Part shown: in pieces, positions 48,564 to 57,719 of the stretch
How positions within the stretch are numbered: the first letter of the stretch is position 1
Layout: every line of letters begins with the position of its first letter
NCBI GenBank assembly: GCA_043812815.1
Contig: JBDRLT010000015.1
Coordinates: 1-63,429, forward strand
Length of the DNA: 63,429 nt
Source of the DNA: Candidatus Woesearchaeota archaeon
GTDB taxonomy: Archaea > Nanobdellota > Nanobdellia > Woesearchaeales > JAGVZT01
Direction: 5' to 3'
Notes under the pieces: generated by a model
Database searches by the model: none
The model's input: only the letters and a program-made list of their open reading frames with translations
Told to the model about the DNA's origin: nothing
Position numbers and translations under genes: made by a program

Positions 48564-49244
48564 ATGGCAAGAGAGCATGTATGGGTAACCGATTTCAATG
48601 GTAATCCCAATGTGGGGCTGTTTGCATATTGTACTGATGAGTATTGCTTAGTTGGCAGGGGACTTAGCAGCAATGTGGTTACTAAACTGGGGAAGATTTT
48701 GGGTGTGCCTACCCATAGCGTTAATATTGCCGGCACTTCTCTGTTGGGTGTTTTTTGTGCTGGTAATGCCAATTGCCTTCTATTGCCGAGTATTGTTTTT
48801 GATGATGAGTTAAAGGTGCTTGATAAGCTGGGGATAAAGTATGCTGTTGTTGATACTGAGATGACTGCCCTGGGCAATAATGTTTTGTGCAATGATTATG
48901 GAGCGATTGTGAGCAGGGATTTTGAACCAGAGGTTATTGCCAAAATTAAGAAGGCTTTACAGGTTGATGTTGAGCTAGGCACAATTATTGATTATGACAA
49001 TGTGGGTGCTTTAGCAGCAGTGCACAAGACTAAAGGGATTGTTGCAGGAGAGGCAGCCGATGGTGAAATTAAGCAAATTGAGAGGGTTTTGAAAATAAAG
49101 TGTGAGCGCGGAAGTGTTAGTATGGGCTTGCCGTATATTCGCAGCGGGATAATTGTAAACTCCAAGGGGTTTGTGATTTCTGATCAGAGCACTGGTATTG
49201 AGATTATGGATGCTGATAAGGCTTTTGGGTTTGTTGAGAATTAA
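48564..49244 (+). CDS. eif6: translation initiation factor aIF6
   Basis: FNGNPNVGLFAYCTDEYCLVG followed by the five-fold pseudo-repeat pattern; 226 aa. Confidence 0.92.
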   Translation: MAREHVWVTDFNGNPNVGLFAYCTDEYCLVGRGLSSNVVTKLGKILGVPTHSVNIAGTSLLGVFCAGNANCLLLPSIVFDDELKVLDKLGIKYAVVDTEMTALGNNVLCNDYGAIVSRDFEPEVIAKIKKALQVDVELGTIIDYDNVGALAAVHKTKGIVAGEAADGEIKQIERVLKIKCERGSVSMGLPYIRSGIIVNSKGFVISDQSTGIEIMDADKAFGFVEN

Positions 49245-49309
49245 GTCTTAGCTACTTATAAGTAATTAAAATCGGAAGATTTATATTTGTGCTCATTAAT
49301 TTGGGTGAT

Positions 49310-49789
49310 ATGGTCAGCGCAAATCCTTCGTGTCAGCTAATAAGTGAGATAGGGGAGAATGATGTTGTTCCCTTATATGCAAGGGGTACCTGGTTTTTGC
49401 GAAGGAGAATATCCCTAAGCTATTTTTGGGTAAATATTGACGGCCAAATTGTCGATCTTGATAATATCCAACTTGAATCCCCTTTAGAACTTATCGCTCG
49501 AGTGATGGTGGAGTGTGATGATGGTCCAGCTGAAATTGGGGAAATACATTTTTATGGAACTGACAGGGATGTACTAGAACCATTATTAACCAGCACTGCA
49601 GAGACTTTTTTATCTCAATGGGAAGCTTTTCGAGCAAGTGGTGAGTATATTCAATCAGGAGAATATCCGCTACCTGGTATGAAAGGCACATACCACATGC
49701 ACAGACCTTCTGAGTCTGCTAATATCACTAAAGATTATGTGCCTTTTTCTGGTGAACCAACGTATTTGATTCGAAAATTACTTTTGTAG
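49310..49789 (+). CDS. hypothetical protein (ORFan)
   Basis: ATG at 49310 lies 22 nt after TTTATATT (49280-49287). No motif recognised. Confidence 0.5.
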   Translation: MVSANPSCQLISEIGENDVVPLYARGTWFLRRRISLSYFWVNIDGQIVDLDNIQLESPLELIARVMVECDDGPAEIGEIHFYGTDRDVLEPLLTSTAETFLSQWEAFRASGEYIQSGEYPLPGMKGTYHMHRPSESANITKDYVPFSGEPTYLIRKLLL

Positions 49790-49836
49790 TTCTAAATTTA
49801 GAAGTATTTATATATAAAATAGAATAGAAAACAATA

Positions 49837-49980
49837 ATGGATTTATTTGGATTTGGGCTTGATAATGGTCTAATAATTGGATTCCGTGGCAGCACTATTT
49901 GCTTTGTGGAGACTTGGTGCTTAGCAATGGGGTCAGGATTTTATGCCAGCCCAGCGATGCAAACGCTAAGAAGCAGCTAA
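49837..49980 (+). CDS. possible 47-aa small protein, not in ORF track
   Basis: The ATG lies about 20 nt after TATTTATATATAAAA. Sequence MDLFGFGLDNGLIIGFRGSTICFVETWC... No further support. Confidence 0.2.
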   Translation: MDLFGFGLDNGLIIGFRGSTICFVETWCLAMGSGFYASPAMQTLRSS

Positions 49981-49995
49981 TTTTCGTGCAAAATG

Positions 49996-50003
49996 TTTAA
50001 ATA
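49996..50003 (+). promoter_or_regulatory. TATA box (leaderless secF)
   Basis: TTTAAATA, 22 nt upstream of the ATG at 50026. Confidence 0.5.
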
Positions 50004-50025
50004 TAGATGAGGGTTCCAAAGCTGG

Positions 50026-51003
50026 ATGTCTAAGCACAAGAAGAAGATACAGAAAAAGGATGTTTCTGACTCAGGAAAGCAGACAGAGGATGTTAAAAGT
50101 CCATCTTTGAGTTTTAGGTCTAAAATCGAGTCTCTTTTTAGAAAAGAGTACAAAAAAATGGCGATTCTCCCTTCTGTTGTAACCCTTATTGCGTTGCTGC
50201 TGATCTTTGCCCAATTTGCAAGAACAGGTGATTTTTTCAACAAGGGTATTAGCCTCAAAGGAGGTACCACTATTCAGGTTGTAACTCACGTTGATATAGC
50301 TGCCGGAGAGCTTGAGGAATTTCTAAGTGAGAAATTTCCAGGGGAAGAATTTGCTGTGAGGGTGCTTAGAAAACAGGGTGTGGTTGCTGAGATCTCGATT
50401 GAGACAAGTGTTGTTTCTGAGTCTGTTGAAGATATTATTCCTTATATTGAGGAGAGACTCGGTGAGGAGTTGGATGAGAGTAAATACAGTGTTCAGACTA
50501 TTGGCGGGTCGCTAAGTGAGAGCTTTTTCAATGAGGTGCTTAAGGTTTTATTGGTGGCTTTCGTGCTTATGGGGATTGTGGTTTATGTCACATTCAGAAG
50601 CCCTATTCCTAGTATTGTGGTTGTGCTTGGCGCATTATCTGACCTGATTATCACGCTGGCAATCATTAATATTATGGGTGTTAAGATTTCGTCTGCTGGG
50701 ATTGCAGCTTTTCTGATGCTTATTGATTACTCTATTGATACTGACACCCTGGTTGCAGCAAGAATGCTCAAGAGGGAGGAAGGCACGAGTGTGTTTGATG
50801 CTATGATGGATGCATTTGGAACTGGTATTGCTATGAGTGCTGCTGCGCTGGTAGCAATGGGCTCAGCGTACATTTTTTCAACTTCTGCTGTAATCAAGGA
50901 GATTATGATAATACTGATTGTTGGGTTGGTGGTTGACCTTGCAATAACCTGGATTCAGAATGCATCAATGATTATGTGGTATGTTGAGGCAAAAGCACGA
51001 TGA
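50026..51003 (+). CDS. secF: protein-export membrane protein SecF
   Basis: GISLKGGTTIQV periplasmic motif and a C-terminal 5-TM bundle. Overlaps the secD start (ATGA). Confidence 0.85.
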   Translation: MSKHKKKIQKKDVSDSGKQTEDVKSPSLSFRSKIESLFRKEYKKMAILPSVVTLIALLLIFAQFARTGDFFNKGISLKGGTTIQVVTHVDIAAGELEEFLSEKFPGEEFAVRVLRKQGVVAEISIETSVVSESVEDIIPYIEERLGEELDESKYSVQTIGGSLSESFFNEVLKVLLVAFVLMGIVVYVTFRSPIPSIVVVLGALSDLIITLAIINIMGVKISSAGIAAFLMLIDYSIDTDTLVAARMLKREEGTSVFDAMMDAFGTGIAMSAAALVAMGSAYIFSTSAVIKEIMIILIVGLVVDLAITWIQNASMIMWYVEAKAR

Positions 51004-52577
51004 ACCAAAAGATTAAGCGGATATTTACAGATAGTCGCGTGATTATTCTGTTGATTGTGGTTTTGATAGCTTATTTTGCTATTAATCCCCAGCCTTTCAA
51101 CTCAGGGGTCACAATCCGTAATGTTGCTTACAATAGCTCTGCTTATCTTGCTGGAATTGAGAGTCCGAAGCCCAGTGCTGCGCCCACTTCCAAAGAGAGG
51201 ATTGTGGAGATCAACGCACAGCCAATTCAAAATCTTGAGGATTATTTCAGGGTGATGAAAGGGATTGCACCCAATCGCACCATACACATCAGGACAAACA
51301 AAGGGGAGTATCAGGTTGTTTCTGGAAACACTCCTGAAGCCCTAGGGTTGAGTGTGTATGACGCCCCAAAAACAAACATTAGGCTTGGGCTTGATTTGCA
51401 GGGCGGTACAAGAGTTTTGCTCAAGCCTGAGGAAAAGCTGGATCCGAATCAATTGGAGGTGCTTATTGCCAATCTGATTGAGAGGCTCAATGTCTATGGG
51501 CTAAGTGATATTGTGGTGAGAGGCGCCACAGATCTTTCTGGGAATCAGTTTATTTTGGTGGAGATTGCCGGCGCAAATGAGGAGGAAGTGCAGCAGCTGA
51601 TTGCACGGCAAGGCAAGTTCGAGGCCAAGATCGGCAATCAAACAGTGTTTAAAGGCGGCAATGATATTACTTATGTCTGCAGGACTGCTGACTGTTCAGG
51701 AATTGATTCAAGAAGGGGTTGTGGCGCTGCAGAGGATGGCTATGTTTGCAGATTCATGTTTTCAATCTCACTAAGTCCTGAGGCTGCTGAGCGGCAGGCT
51801 GCTATTACAAGTAAGCTTGGAGTGATTTCGCAGAATGATGGCCAATACCTCAATGAGACTTTGGATTTGTTTTTGGATGATGTTTTTGTGGATAAGCTGA
51901 ATATTGCTGCAGATCTCAAGGGCAGGGCAGTCACAGATATTGCCATTTCAGGGTCTGGGTTGGGACAGAGTCAAAATAACGCTATTGAGAACACCCTAAG
52001 CAATATGAAGAGGCTGCAGACAATCCTGATCACGGGGAGTTTGCCTGTTAAACTAGAGATTATGCGAACAGACACGATAAGCCCAAGCTTGGGACAGGAG
52101 TTCACTAGGAATGCAATGTTTGTCAGTATGGTGGCAATCCTCATGGTTGCTCTGGTTGTTTTGATTAGGTATAGGAACTGGCTGATTATTGGGCCGATTC
52201 TGATAATAACTTGGCTGGAGATATTTTTTATCATCGCCTTTGCAGCATTGATTGGATGGAATTTGGATGTTGCATCCATAGCAGGGATTATTATTTCGAT
52301 TGGAACAGGTGTTGATGATCAGATTATTATTTCAGATGAAACCCTCAAGGGTGCTGTGGAAGACAAGGCTTATTCCTTTAAGAAAAAGATACAGAAAGCA
52401 TTCTTCATTGTGTTCTCATCTTATTTGACCTCTCTTGGTTCAATGACCCCACTGATATTTGCCGGAGCAGGAATGCTGAGGGGTTTTGCTATAACTACTC
52501 TGATCGGCCTTACTATTGGTGTGTTTATCACCAGGCCTGCTTTTGCCAATATTATTGAGATTCTTGTTAAGGAATAG
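51000..52577 (+). CDS. secD: protein-export membrane protein SecD
   Basis: GLDLQGGTRVLLKPE and a C-terminal TM bundle with GTGVDDQIII; 525 aa. Confidence 0.85.
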   Translation: MNQKIKRIFTDSRVIILLIVVLIAYFAINPQPFNSGVTIRNVAYNSSAYLAGIESPKPSAAPTSKERIVEINAQPIQNLEDYFRVMKGIAPNRTIHIRTNKGEYQVVSGNTPEALGLSVYDAPKTNIRLGLDLQGGTRVLLKPEEKLDPNQLEVLIANLIERLNVYGLSDIVVRGATDLSGNQFILVEIAGANEEEVQQLIARQGKFEAKIGNQTVFKGGNDITYVCRTADCSGIDSRRGCGAAEDGYVCRFMFSISLSPEAAERQAAITSKLGVISQNDGQYLNETLDLFLDDVFVDKLNIAADLKGRAVTDIAISGSGLGQSQNNAIENTLSNMKRLQTILITGSLPVKLEIMRTDTISPSLGQEFTRNAMFVSMVAILMVALVVLIRYRNWLIIGPILIITWLEIFFIIAFAALIGWNLDVASIAGIIISIGTGVDDQIIISDETLKGAVEDKAYSFKKKIQKAFFIVFSSYLTSLGSMTPLIFAGAGMLRGFAITTLIGLTIGVFITRPAFANIIEILVKE

Positions 52578-52630
52578 TAACCAGCTAGATACCAAGAAAG
52601 TATTTATAGTTGGTTAACTTTAAGACGGTT

Positions 52631-53137
52631 ATGAATATACTCACTGTGCTGCCCCGCCACCAGATGATGGATCGTGTTATTAAGGATGTGCGAGAGGCAT
52701 ACAGAGAAGATAAGAACAACAAGATTTGTTATATAACACTTAATAGGCCGCATCGCTCTGTTGTGGCGTCTATTGAAAACGGAGTTGACCGGTTCTTTTT
52801 TGTGGATGCCATCACCCGCACAGTTATTGATAATCCCCCTTTTGAAGGTAACTGCACGTTTGTGAGCTCACCCGCCTCTTTTGACGAGCTTTTGCAGACT
52901 GTTGACAACTTACTGCAAAAAAAAGAGTATGGTGCTTTGGTGTTTGATTCTGTTTGCACCTTGTTTAGTTACGCTGACACCGAAGCTGTGCTTAAGTTTT
53001 TGAGGAAGCTGGCAATTGCAGTGGATGTTGCAGATTGTGAGGGGGTTTTTGTTGCGATTAAACCCAATATCTCGGCTGAGATTCTGGATCAACTGGGGAT
53101 AGTGACAGATAGGACTATTTATCTTGACAAAGATTAA
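52631..53137 (+). CDS. KaiC/RecA-superfamily-like protein lacking a Walker A motif
   Basis: The FVDAIT...VFDSVCTL strand pattern resembles the RecA fold, but no GxxxxGK[ST] is present. ATG lies 22 nt after TATTTATA (52601-52608). Confidence 0.45.
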   Translation: MNILTVLPRHQMMDRVIKDVREAYREDKNNKICYITLNRPHRSVVASIENGVDRFFFVDAITRTVIDNPPFEGNCTFVSSPASFDELLQTVDNLLQKKEYGALVFDSVCTLFSYADTEAVLKFLRKLAIAVDVADCEGVFVAIKPNISAEILDQLGIVTDRTIYLDKD

Positions 53138-53262
53138 TGCATTGCCTTCTTTTTTTGGAAACAGTTGATGCAGTATGTCTCTACCTTGTCTGCTGACATT
53201 AAAAGCTTGCAGTCTTCTGCAGACTGGATCGGTTTGCCGCACATTCTGCATTTATCGTACAT
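53134..53262 (-). CDS. 42-aa four-cysteine zinc-ribbon protein, not in ORF track
   Basis: MYDKCRMCGKPIQSAEDCKLLMSADKVETYCINCFQKKKAMH. TTTATATT box (53286-53293) lies 23 nt upstream of the ATG. Confidence 0.6.
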   Translation of the reverse strand: MYDKCRMCGKPIQSAEDCKLLMSADKVETYCINCFQKKKAMH

Positions 53263-53328
53263 AAATTGACTAATTGGTGTTATGGAATATAAATTTTATT
53301 CTTTTTTGGGTATTTTATTAGAAATGGA

Positions 53329-53523
53329 CTAGCCGCCAGAAACAACTGAGAGTAGCTTGATCTTGTCACTATCCTTTATTTTGTCCTGCTCGGTGATTAT
53401 TGTGCGGTTCTTAACAATAACAACTGTTACGGGATTGATATCTAACTTTCTTAAAAGATCCAAGACTTTACCATCAAATTTTAGTTTTTTTGTTTGGTCT
53501 GCTTTTTCAAAGTAGATTTCCAC
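53329..53523 (-). CDS. ubiquitin-like ThiS/MoaD/SAMP-family protein
   Basis: 64 aa beta-grasp-like sequence ending in VVSGG followed by the stop. Confidence 0.8.
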   Translation of the reverse strand: MEIYFEKADQTKKLKFDGKVLDLLRKLDINPVTVVIVKNRTIITEQDKIKDSDKIKLLSVVSGG

Positions 53524-54139
53524 AGCTACAACCTTTTTGCTTTTTTACTTCAATCAACGATATTTCAGGTTTGGTGATGTTGAGGGTTATTAAATCTTTG
53601 CAGGGGTGCTGGCTGTTTAGGATTTTGAGGGCTTCGTTTGCCTGGATTGCAGATGTTAAGGCAACAGTGGTGTTGAGCACTGGTGTGGGCAGTGATATTT
53701 TGTGCTGGTAAATGCATCTGAAGCAGGGCTGATTGGGCATCACAGCGAATATCCTGCCAATGTTCTGGGTTGCAGTTGCATGCACCCAGGGAATCTTGTT
53801 GAGGCAATAGTCATTGATCAGGAATCTGGTTTGGAGGTTGTCGGTGCAGTCGAGCACCAAGTCTGAGTTGAGAAGTTTTAGGTTCTTATCGGTTAGCTGC
53901 TGTGGGTATGCTGTGATTTTGAGTGTTTTGTTGATTTTTAGTAGATATTTTTTGAGTTGGGCTGCTTTTGACTTGCCAAGGTCAGCTTGTGTGTAGAGTT
54001 GCCTGTGGAGATTGGTAGGCTGGACTTTGTCATGATCAATAATTCTTAGGTTGCTGATTCCTGCTCTCACCAGAAGGTTTGCTGTGTTTGAGCCTAAGCC
54101 ACCAAGACCTACTATAGTTACTGTCTTTTCAGAGTACAT
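53507..54139 (-). CDS. E1-like adenylyltransferase (ThiF/MoeB/UbaA family), minimal form
   Basis: VTIVGLGGLGSNTANLLVRAGI nucleotide-binding motif. CFRC and CSCG zinc pairs. No rhodanese domain. Its 3' end overlaps the Ubl gene start by 17 nt. Confidence 0.85.
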   Translation of the reverse strand: MYSEKTVTIVGLGGLGSNTANLLVRAGISNLRIIDHDKVQPTNLHRQLYTQADLGKSKAAQLKKYLLKINKTLKITAYPQQLTDKNLKLLNSDLVLDCTDNLQTRFLINDYCLNKIPWVHATATQNIGRIFAVMPNQPCFRCIYQHKISLPTPVLNTTVALTSAIQANEALKILNSQHPCKDLITLNITKPEISLIEVKKQKGCSCGNLL

Positions 54140-54250
54140 TGTGCTTTTTTGGTAAGGGATGTTTATAAGATTTATGTTATATGAATACTGGGAGACAATT
54201 TTAGTTGTCACCTAAAGATAGTAAAGTTTATATTCTATTAATTGTTTCTT

Positions 54251-55009
54251 ATGCTAATGAAAACTGTTGAGCTTTTTAGCGTGCTGGTTGCAGATATTGA
54301 TTACAATGGAATAGAGGCATGGATCACTAATGCATTTGCCAGTGGGCTTAGGCAGCAGTATATGGTTAGTGCGAATGCACAGGTGATGGCATGCTCACTA
54401 AGAGATCCGGAATATAGACGAGCTTTGCAGAGTGCTGCGTTGGTTTGGGCTGATGGTGCGGGTGTAACTTTAGCTAGCAGAATTGCTGGTGTTCCAATAA
54501 ATAACCGAGTGCCTGGAAGAGTGGTCTTTCCTGGTTTATACAAAGCTGCAGTTGAGCATGGCTATTCAATGTTCGTTTTAGGTGCAGCAGGGGGGGTTGC
54601 GCAAAAGGCTCTGAGTGAATTGGAAGCGAAATACAGAGCTGTAAATTGTGAGAGCCATGCTCCTCCCATGGGTTTTTTCAAGGGAGAAAAGGGTTCTCTT
54701 GATGAGGTAGTTACCATGGTAAATAACTTCAGCCCAGATATTTTGATACTGGCCGCATCTGAACCTTATGGCACGCAATGGATTGCTGACCATATTTTGA
54801 AACTGCAAGTTGGCGTTGCCATGAATGTTGGACAAGGGGTGGATATTGCTGCAGGGATAAAGGGTGTGTGCCCTATCTCATGGTCACAGTGGGGATTAGA
54901 GTGGGTTTGGAGAGGGTGCAATGACCCTCGTATCCTAACGAGATACAGGGATTTCCCGCTGGTTGGTATGTATGCGTTTCTGCAGCGGTTAGGAAAAAAG
55001 TTAGCATAA
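54251..55009 (+). CDS. WecG/TagA/CpsF-family glycosyltransferase
   Basis: Size and pattern (ANAQVM..., VWADGAGV, FVLGAAGGVAQKA) fit the family. Confidence 0.7.
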   Translation: MLMKTVELFSVLVADIDYNGIEAWITNAFASGLRQQYMVSANAQVMACSLRDPEYRRALQSAALVWADGAGVTLASRIAGVPINNRVPGRVVFPGLYKAAVEHGYSMFVLGAAGGVAQKALSELEAKYRAVNCESHAPPMGFFKGEKGSLDEVVTMVNNFSPDILILAASEPYGTQWIADHILKLQVGVAMNVGQGVDIAAGIKGVCPISWSQWGLEWVWRGCNDPRILTRYRDFPLVGMYAFLQRLGKKLA

Positions 55010-55097
55010 AAAAAGTTCCACTTTTGAGCATTCAGAAGTGGTAAAGATAGCAAGTTTTAAATAAGTGAGATTATTCTGCCAATATTAGTGAAATTTC

Positions 55098-56561
55098 ATG
55101 GCTAAAAACCCGTGGCTGGCTTTACCTATTACCGATGAAGAGACAGAAAGACTTGTAGCTTTGGCTCAAAGACACAACCATTTTGGATTGGTGCAGCCTG
55201 GCAGCAACTGCGAGAGTTCACTGGCAAAGATTGTAGATGGAGAGTTGCGGTTTTTAAGGCCAGAATTGGCTGCTGTTCAAAAAGATCTTTGGCTTGTTGC
55301 CTTGTATGATGGGGCAACGGGTAGTAAGATGTTAACCCCTAGATTTATGGCCAGAAGGCTGCTACTTGGTGCAAAGTATGAACTGAGTGATTTTCTTTCA
55401 AGGAATAAGGGTGCTTTGGCACAGGCAGCAGTGGGGGCTGGTTTGTGGGGATTAGTTGCTCAATATGGTGATGTGATGATGGCACGTCCAGCAACTGCTT
55501 TGTTTGGGACGTATTGTGCAGGTTTTGGAATGTTTGATGCTATTGCTGGACTGGCGCGTATAGATAACCAATTAAGGGGCATTTCTCCAGAGCGCTTTGT
55601 TTTGCTTGAACATATGGTTGTGGAAAGTACCAAAGATTCTATTCAGGAATTTCTAGACAATAGAACTGCCAAAAGGGATGTGGTGGGAGATGTTGATGCA
55701 ATCAACGCTTTTGCAGAGAAACTGCCTTATGATGTTTTGGCTTTCAAAATGGGGCCGCATTTGCAGGGGTGGCTGTCTACCTGGTTTACATATGACCGAG
55801 CTGTACAGCTTACTGAATGGGCTTTGAGGGATATGGGATTGGAAGCTCCTGCTGGTTATTCTACTGGGTTTGTGAATTATTTAATTGATGGGGGTTTTGT
55901 GGGTCCATCGCACTGCGGGATGGTTCTGGCTTACGGGAAATGGTGCGATGATGGATTGACAGAGAAGCTTCAGCAGTATGCTCGAGATCTGGGTGGACTA
56001 GAAACTGATTTGCAGATTAGTGGATTTAGAGAGGGCATTCAACATGTTGCTCGGGATACTGGGGCAAAGATATCTGAAAAGGCGCACAGAGCCCTGTGTT
56101 TGGATTTGGACAATGTAGATAGACTGATACATTATGTCGATGATGTGGTTGTGTGGGAACCTAATCCTGGGGGCTTGCCAAAGCCAAGGCTAAGGAATCT
56201 GGAGAGGCAGATGGACGCAATAAGAGAGCTTGGGGAGACAGCTGATGTGAGAGCAATAGCTTATTTAGTTAGGTTAACAGAGAAGGTGGTAGAGGAACGA
56301 AATGGTTTGAAAATGGAAGTGCTTCCCAATGCTCGTGGTGATTTGGCTATTCAATTTACCAGGTACCAGCATAGGTGTTCTGGAAAAGTTGTCTGGGGTG
56401 AGCCGATGTTATATTGGACTGTACGAAGCATTTTGGAGAGTGCTATCTCCTCTTTAGAAAAGAGCACTGGTGCTGGAGCGAAGGATTTGCAAAATCAATT
56501 TCAGAGGGACCCACTAAGTTATGGACTAATAATGGCTTTAGGGAAACATGCTTCTGTTTAG
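55098..56561 (+). CDS. hypothetical protein, possible distant relative of the 27253/28180 pair
   Basis: 487 aa. N-terminal HNHFGLVQPGS, then G/A-rich hydrophobic AAVGAGLWGLVAQYG...GTYCAGFGMFDAIAGLA. No enzymatic motif. Confidence 0.6.
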   Translation: MAKNPWLALPITDEETERLVALAQRHNHFGLVQPGSNCESSLAKIVDGELRFLRPELAAVQKDLWLVALYDGATGSKMLTPRFMARRLLLGAKYELSDFLSRNKGALAQAAVGAGLWGLVAQYGDVMMARPATALFGTYCAGFGMFDAIAGLARIDNQLRGISPERFVLLEHMVVESTKDSIQEFLDNRTAKRDVVGDVDAINAFAEKLPYDVLAFKMGPHLQGWLSTWFTYDRAVQLTEWALRDMGLEAPAGYSTGFVNYLIDGGFVGPSHCGMVLAYGKWCDDGLTEKLQQYARDLGGLETDLQISGFREGIQHVARDTGAKISEKAHRALCLDLDNVDRLIHYVDDVVVWEPNPGGLPKPRLRNLERQMDAIRELGETADVRAIAYLVRLTEKVVEERNGLKMEVLPNARGDLAIQFTRYQHRCSGKVVWGEPMLYWTVRSILESAISSLEKSTGAGAKDLQNQFQRDPLSYGLIMALGKHASV

Positions 56562-56563
56562 AA

Positions 56564-56773
56564 TTATGATTCTATTTGGAATCTTTTATTGCGTTTAACT
56601 TTCTTCAGTGTGTATTTGGTTATCTTATTGGCAGCTGCCCAGGCTTTGGCGCTTGCTTCTGTTCCAAAAGTTTTGGGCCTTACCTTTCTGTGAGTCCTAT
56701 GCCTTATGAATTGGGCAGCTTGATGGGTTGAAACTCCATGCATCCTTTTCATTCTGGTGTGGACTTTCCTCAT
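56564..56773 (-). CDS. small highly basic protein
   Basis: 69 aa, rich in K/R/H (MRKVHTRMKRMHG...KKVKRNKR). Possibly nucleic-acid binding. Confidence 0.4.
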   Translation of the reverse strand: MRKVHTRMKRMHGVSTHQAAQFIRHRTHRKVRPKTFGTEASAKAWAAANKITKYTLKKVKRNKRFQIES

Positions 56774-56806
56774 CCTTGATTGGGGCTGCTGGTGGGTATA
56801 AATACT

Positions 56807-57718
56807 TTATGGTTGGATCTCGAGCTGGTAGTATGGCTCTTTCTCAAAATTCCACAGCTGTTTCCAGCCTGTGTCTCCTGAAAGGAAGTCAACTGTCTCT
56901 GCTTTCAGTTCTATTGCCTTTTTGATGTGCTCGAAGATTAGCAGCTTCCCGATGTTTGAGAACTGGCGGTTATAGCCTCCGTTTAATACATAGTAAACAT
57001 TTTTGTACATGGCTGCTATTTCAATTCCCTCAAGGCTGCCGTTGATAAATATGCAGAGGGTGTGGAGCATTTTGTTCTGGTTGAGGAATGCCACAAAATG
57101 TTTCATTGCCTGGATAAAGTCAACATCAGACAGGTCAGATTCTTGGCCAAACCTTCGCATGTTGAGGTTGACAAACCCGTCAAAGTGCTCTGTTGTGTTC
57201 CATGCAAGCTTGTAGCTGAGTTTTGAGAGCTGCTTAATGTCATACAGCAGATTCTTCCTGTGTTTTTTGCTGAAGGTTGAGAGAAACTTGTCTATGCTAA
57301 ACTCGAATTTTGCCAGCTTCAGCACATAATGCGGATGAGCCTCCTTTACCCATTGCCCTGCTTCCGGGTTCGCTTTTAATACTGCTTGAGCTGATGCTGC
57401 ATTTATGTCATAGAGTGTTGCTGGTTTAGGGATAGCCTTGATGATTAACGGAAAACTCTCTGGGGCAAAAAGGAGTTGCCGGTTCTCTGGAAAATTGCCA
57501 CCGAAATAGTAATATTTGCCTGCTGAGCTATCAAACATAAGAGGGAGCAGGCCTTGAGAATCAGCTTCGTCTTTGACCACAATAAAGTGTGGCTTGTGGT
57601 GGATCGGATCAAAGAATGCGTGATTGACTTCCCATAGATCCCACAATGTGTGGATTTTTGAGAATTTTTTCCAGAGTCTTTCGCATTCCTGCAGATTTGT
57701 TACAACTTCAGTATGCAT
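56807..57718 (-). CDS. GNAT-fold FemAB/CelD-like acyl- or aminoacyl-transferase
   Basis: C-terminal half resembles the BioF2/CelD-like acetyltransferase fold by eye. ATG at 57718 lies 1 nt after the upstream TGA. Confidence 0.5.
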   Translation of the reverse strand: MHTEVVTNLQECERLWKKFSKIHTLWDLWEVNHAFFDPIHHKPHFIVVKDEADSQGLLPLMFDSSAGKYYYFGGNFPENRQLLFAPESFPLIIKAIPKPATLYDINAASAQAVLKANPEAGQWVKEAHPHYVLKLAKFEFSIDKFLSTFSKKHRKNLLYDIKQLSKLSYKLAWNTTEHFDGFVNLNMRRFGQESDLSDVDFIQAMKHFVAFLNQNKMLHTLCIFINGSLEGIEIAAMYKNVYYVLNGGYNRQFSNIGKLLIFEHIKKAIELKAETVDFLSGDTGWKQLWNFEKEPYYQLEIQP

Positions 57719-57719
57719 T

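Noticed and set aside
52910-53251. 113-aa ORF antisense to the end of the KaiC-like gene
   Set aside because: Most of it is antisense to a better-supported gene. A different frame in the non-overlapping part encodes a clean CxxC...CxxC zinc ribbon with its own TATA box, which is preferred.
55098-56561. Reverse transcriptase or DGR, suggested by a YVDD tetrapeptide
   Set aside because: The surrounding sequence lacks the other RT motifs. No template/variable repeat pair was noticed, and no other RT-like ORF is in the window.
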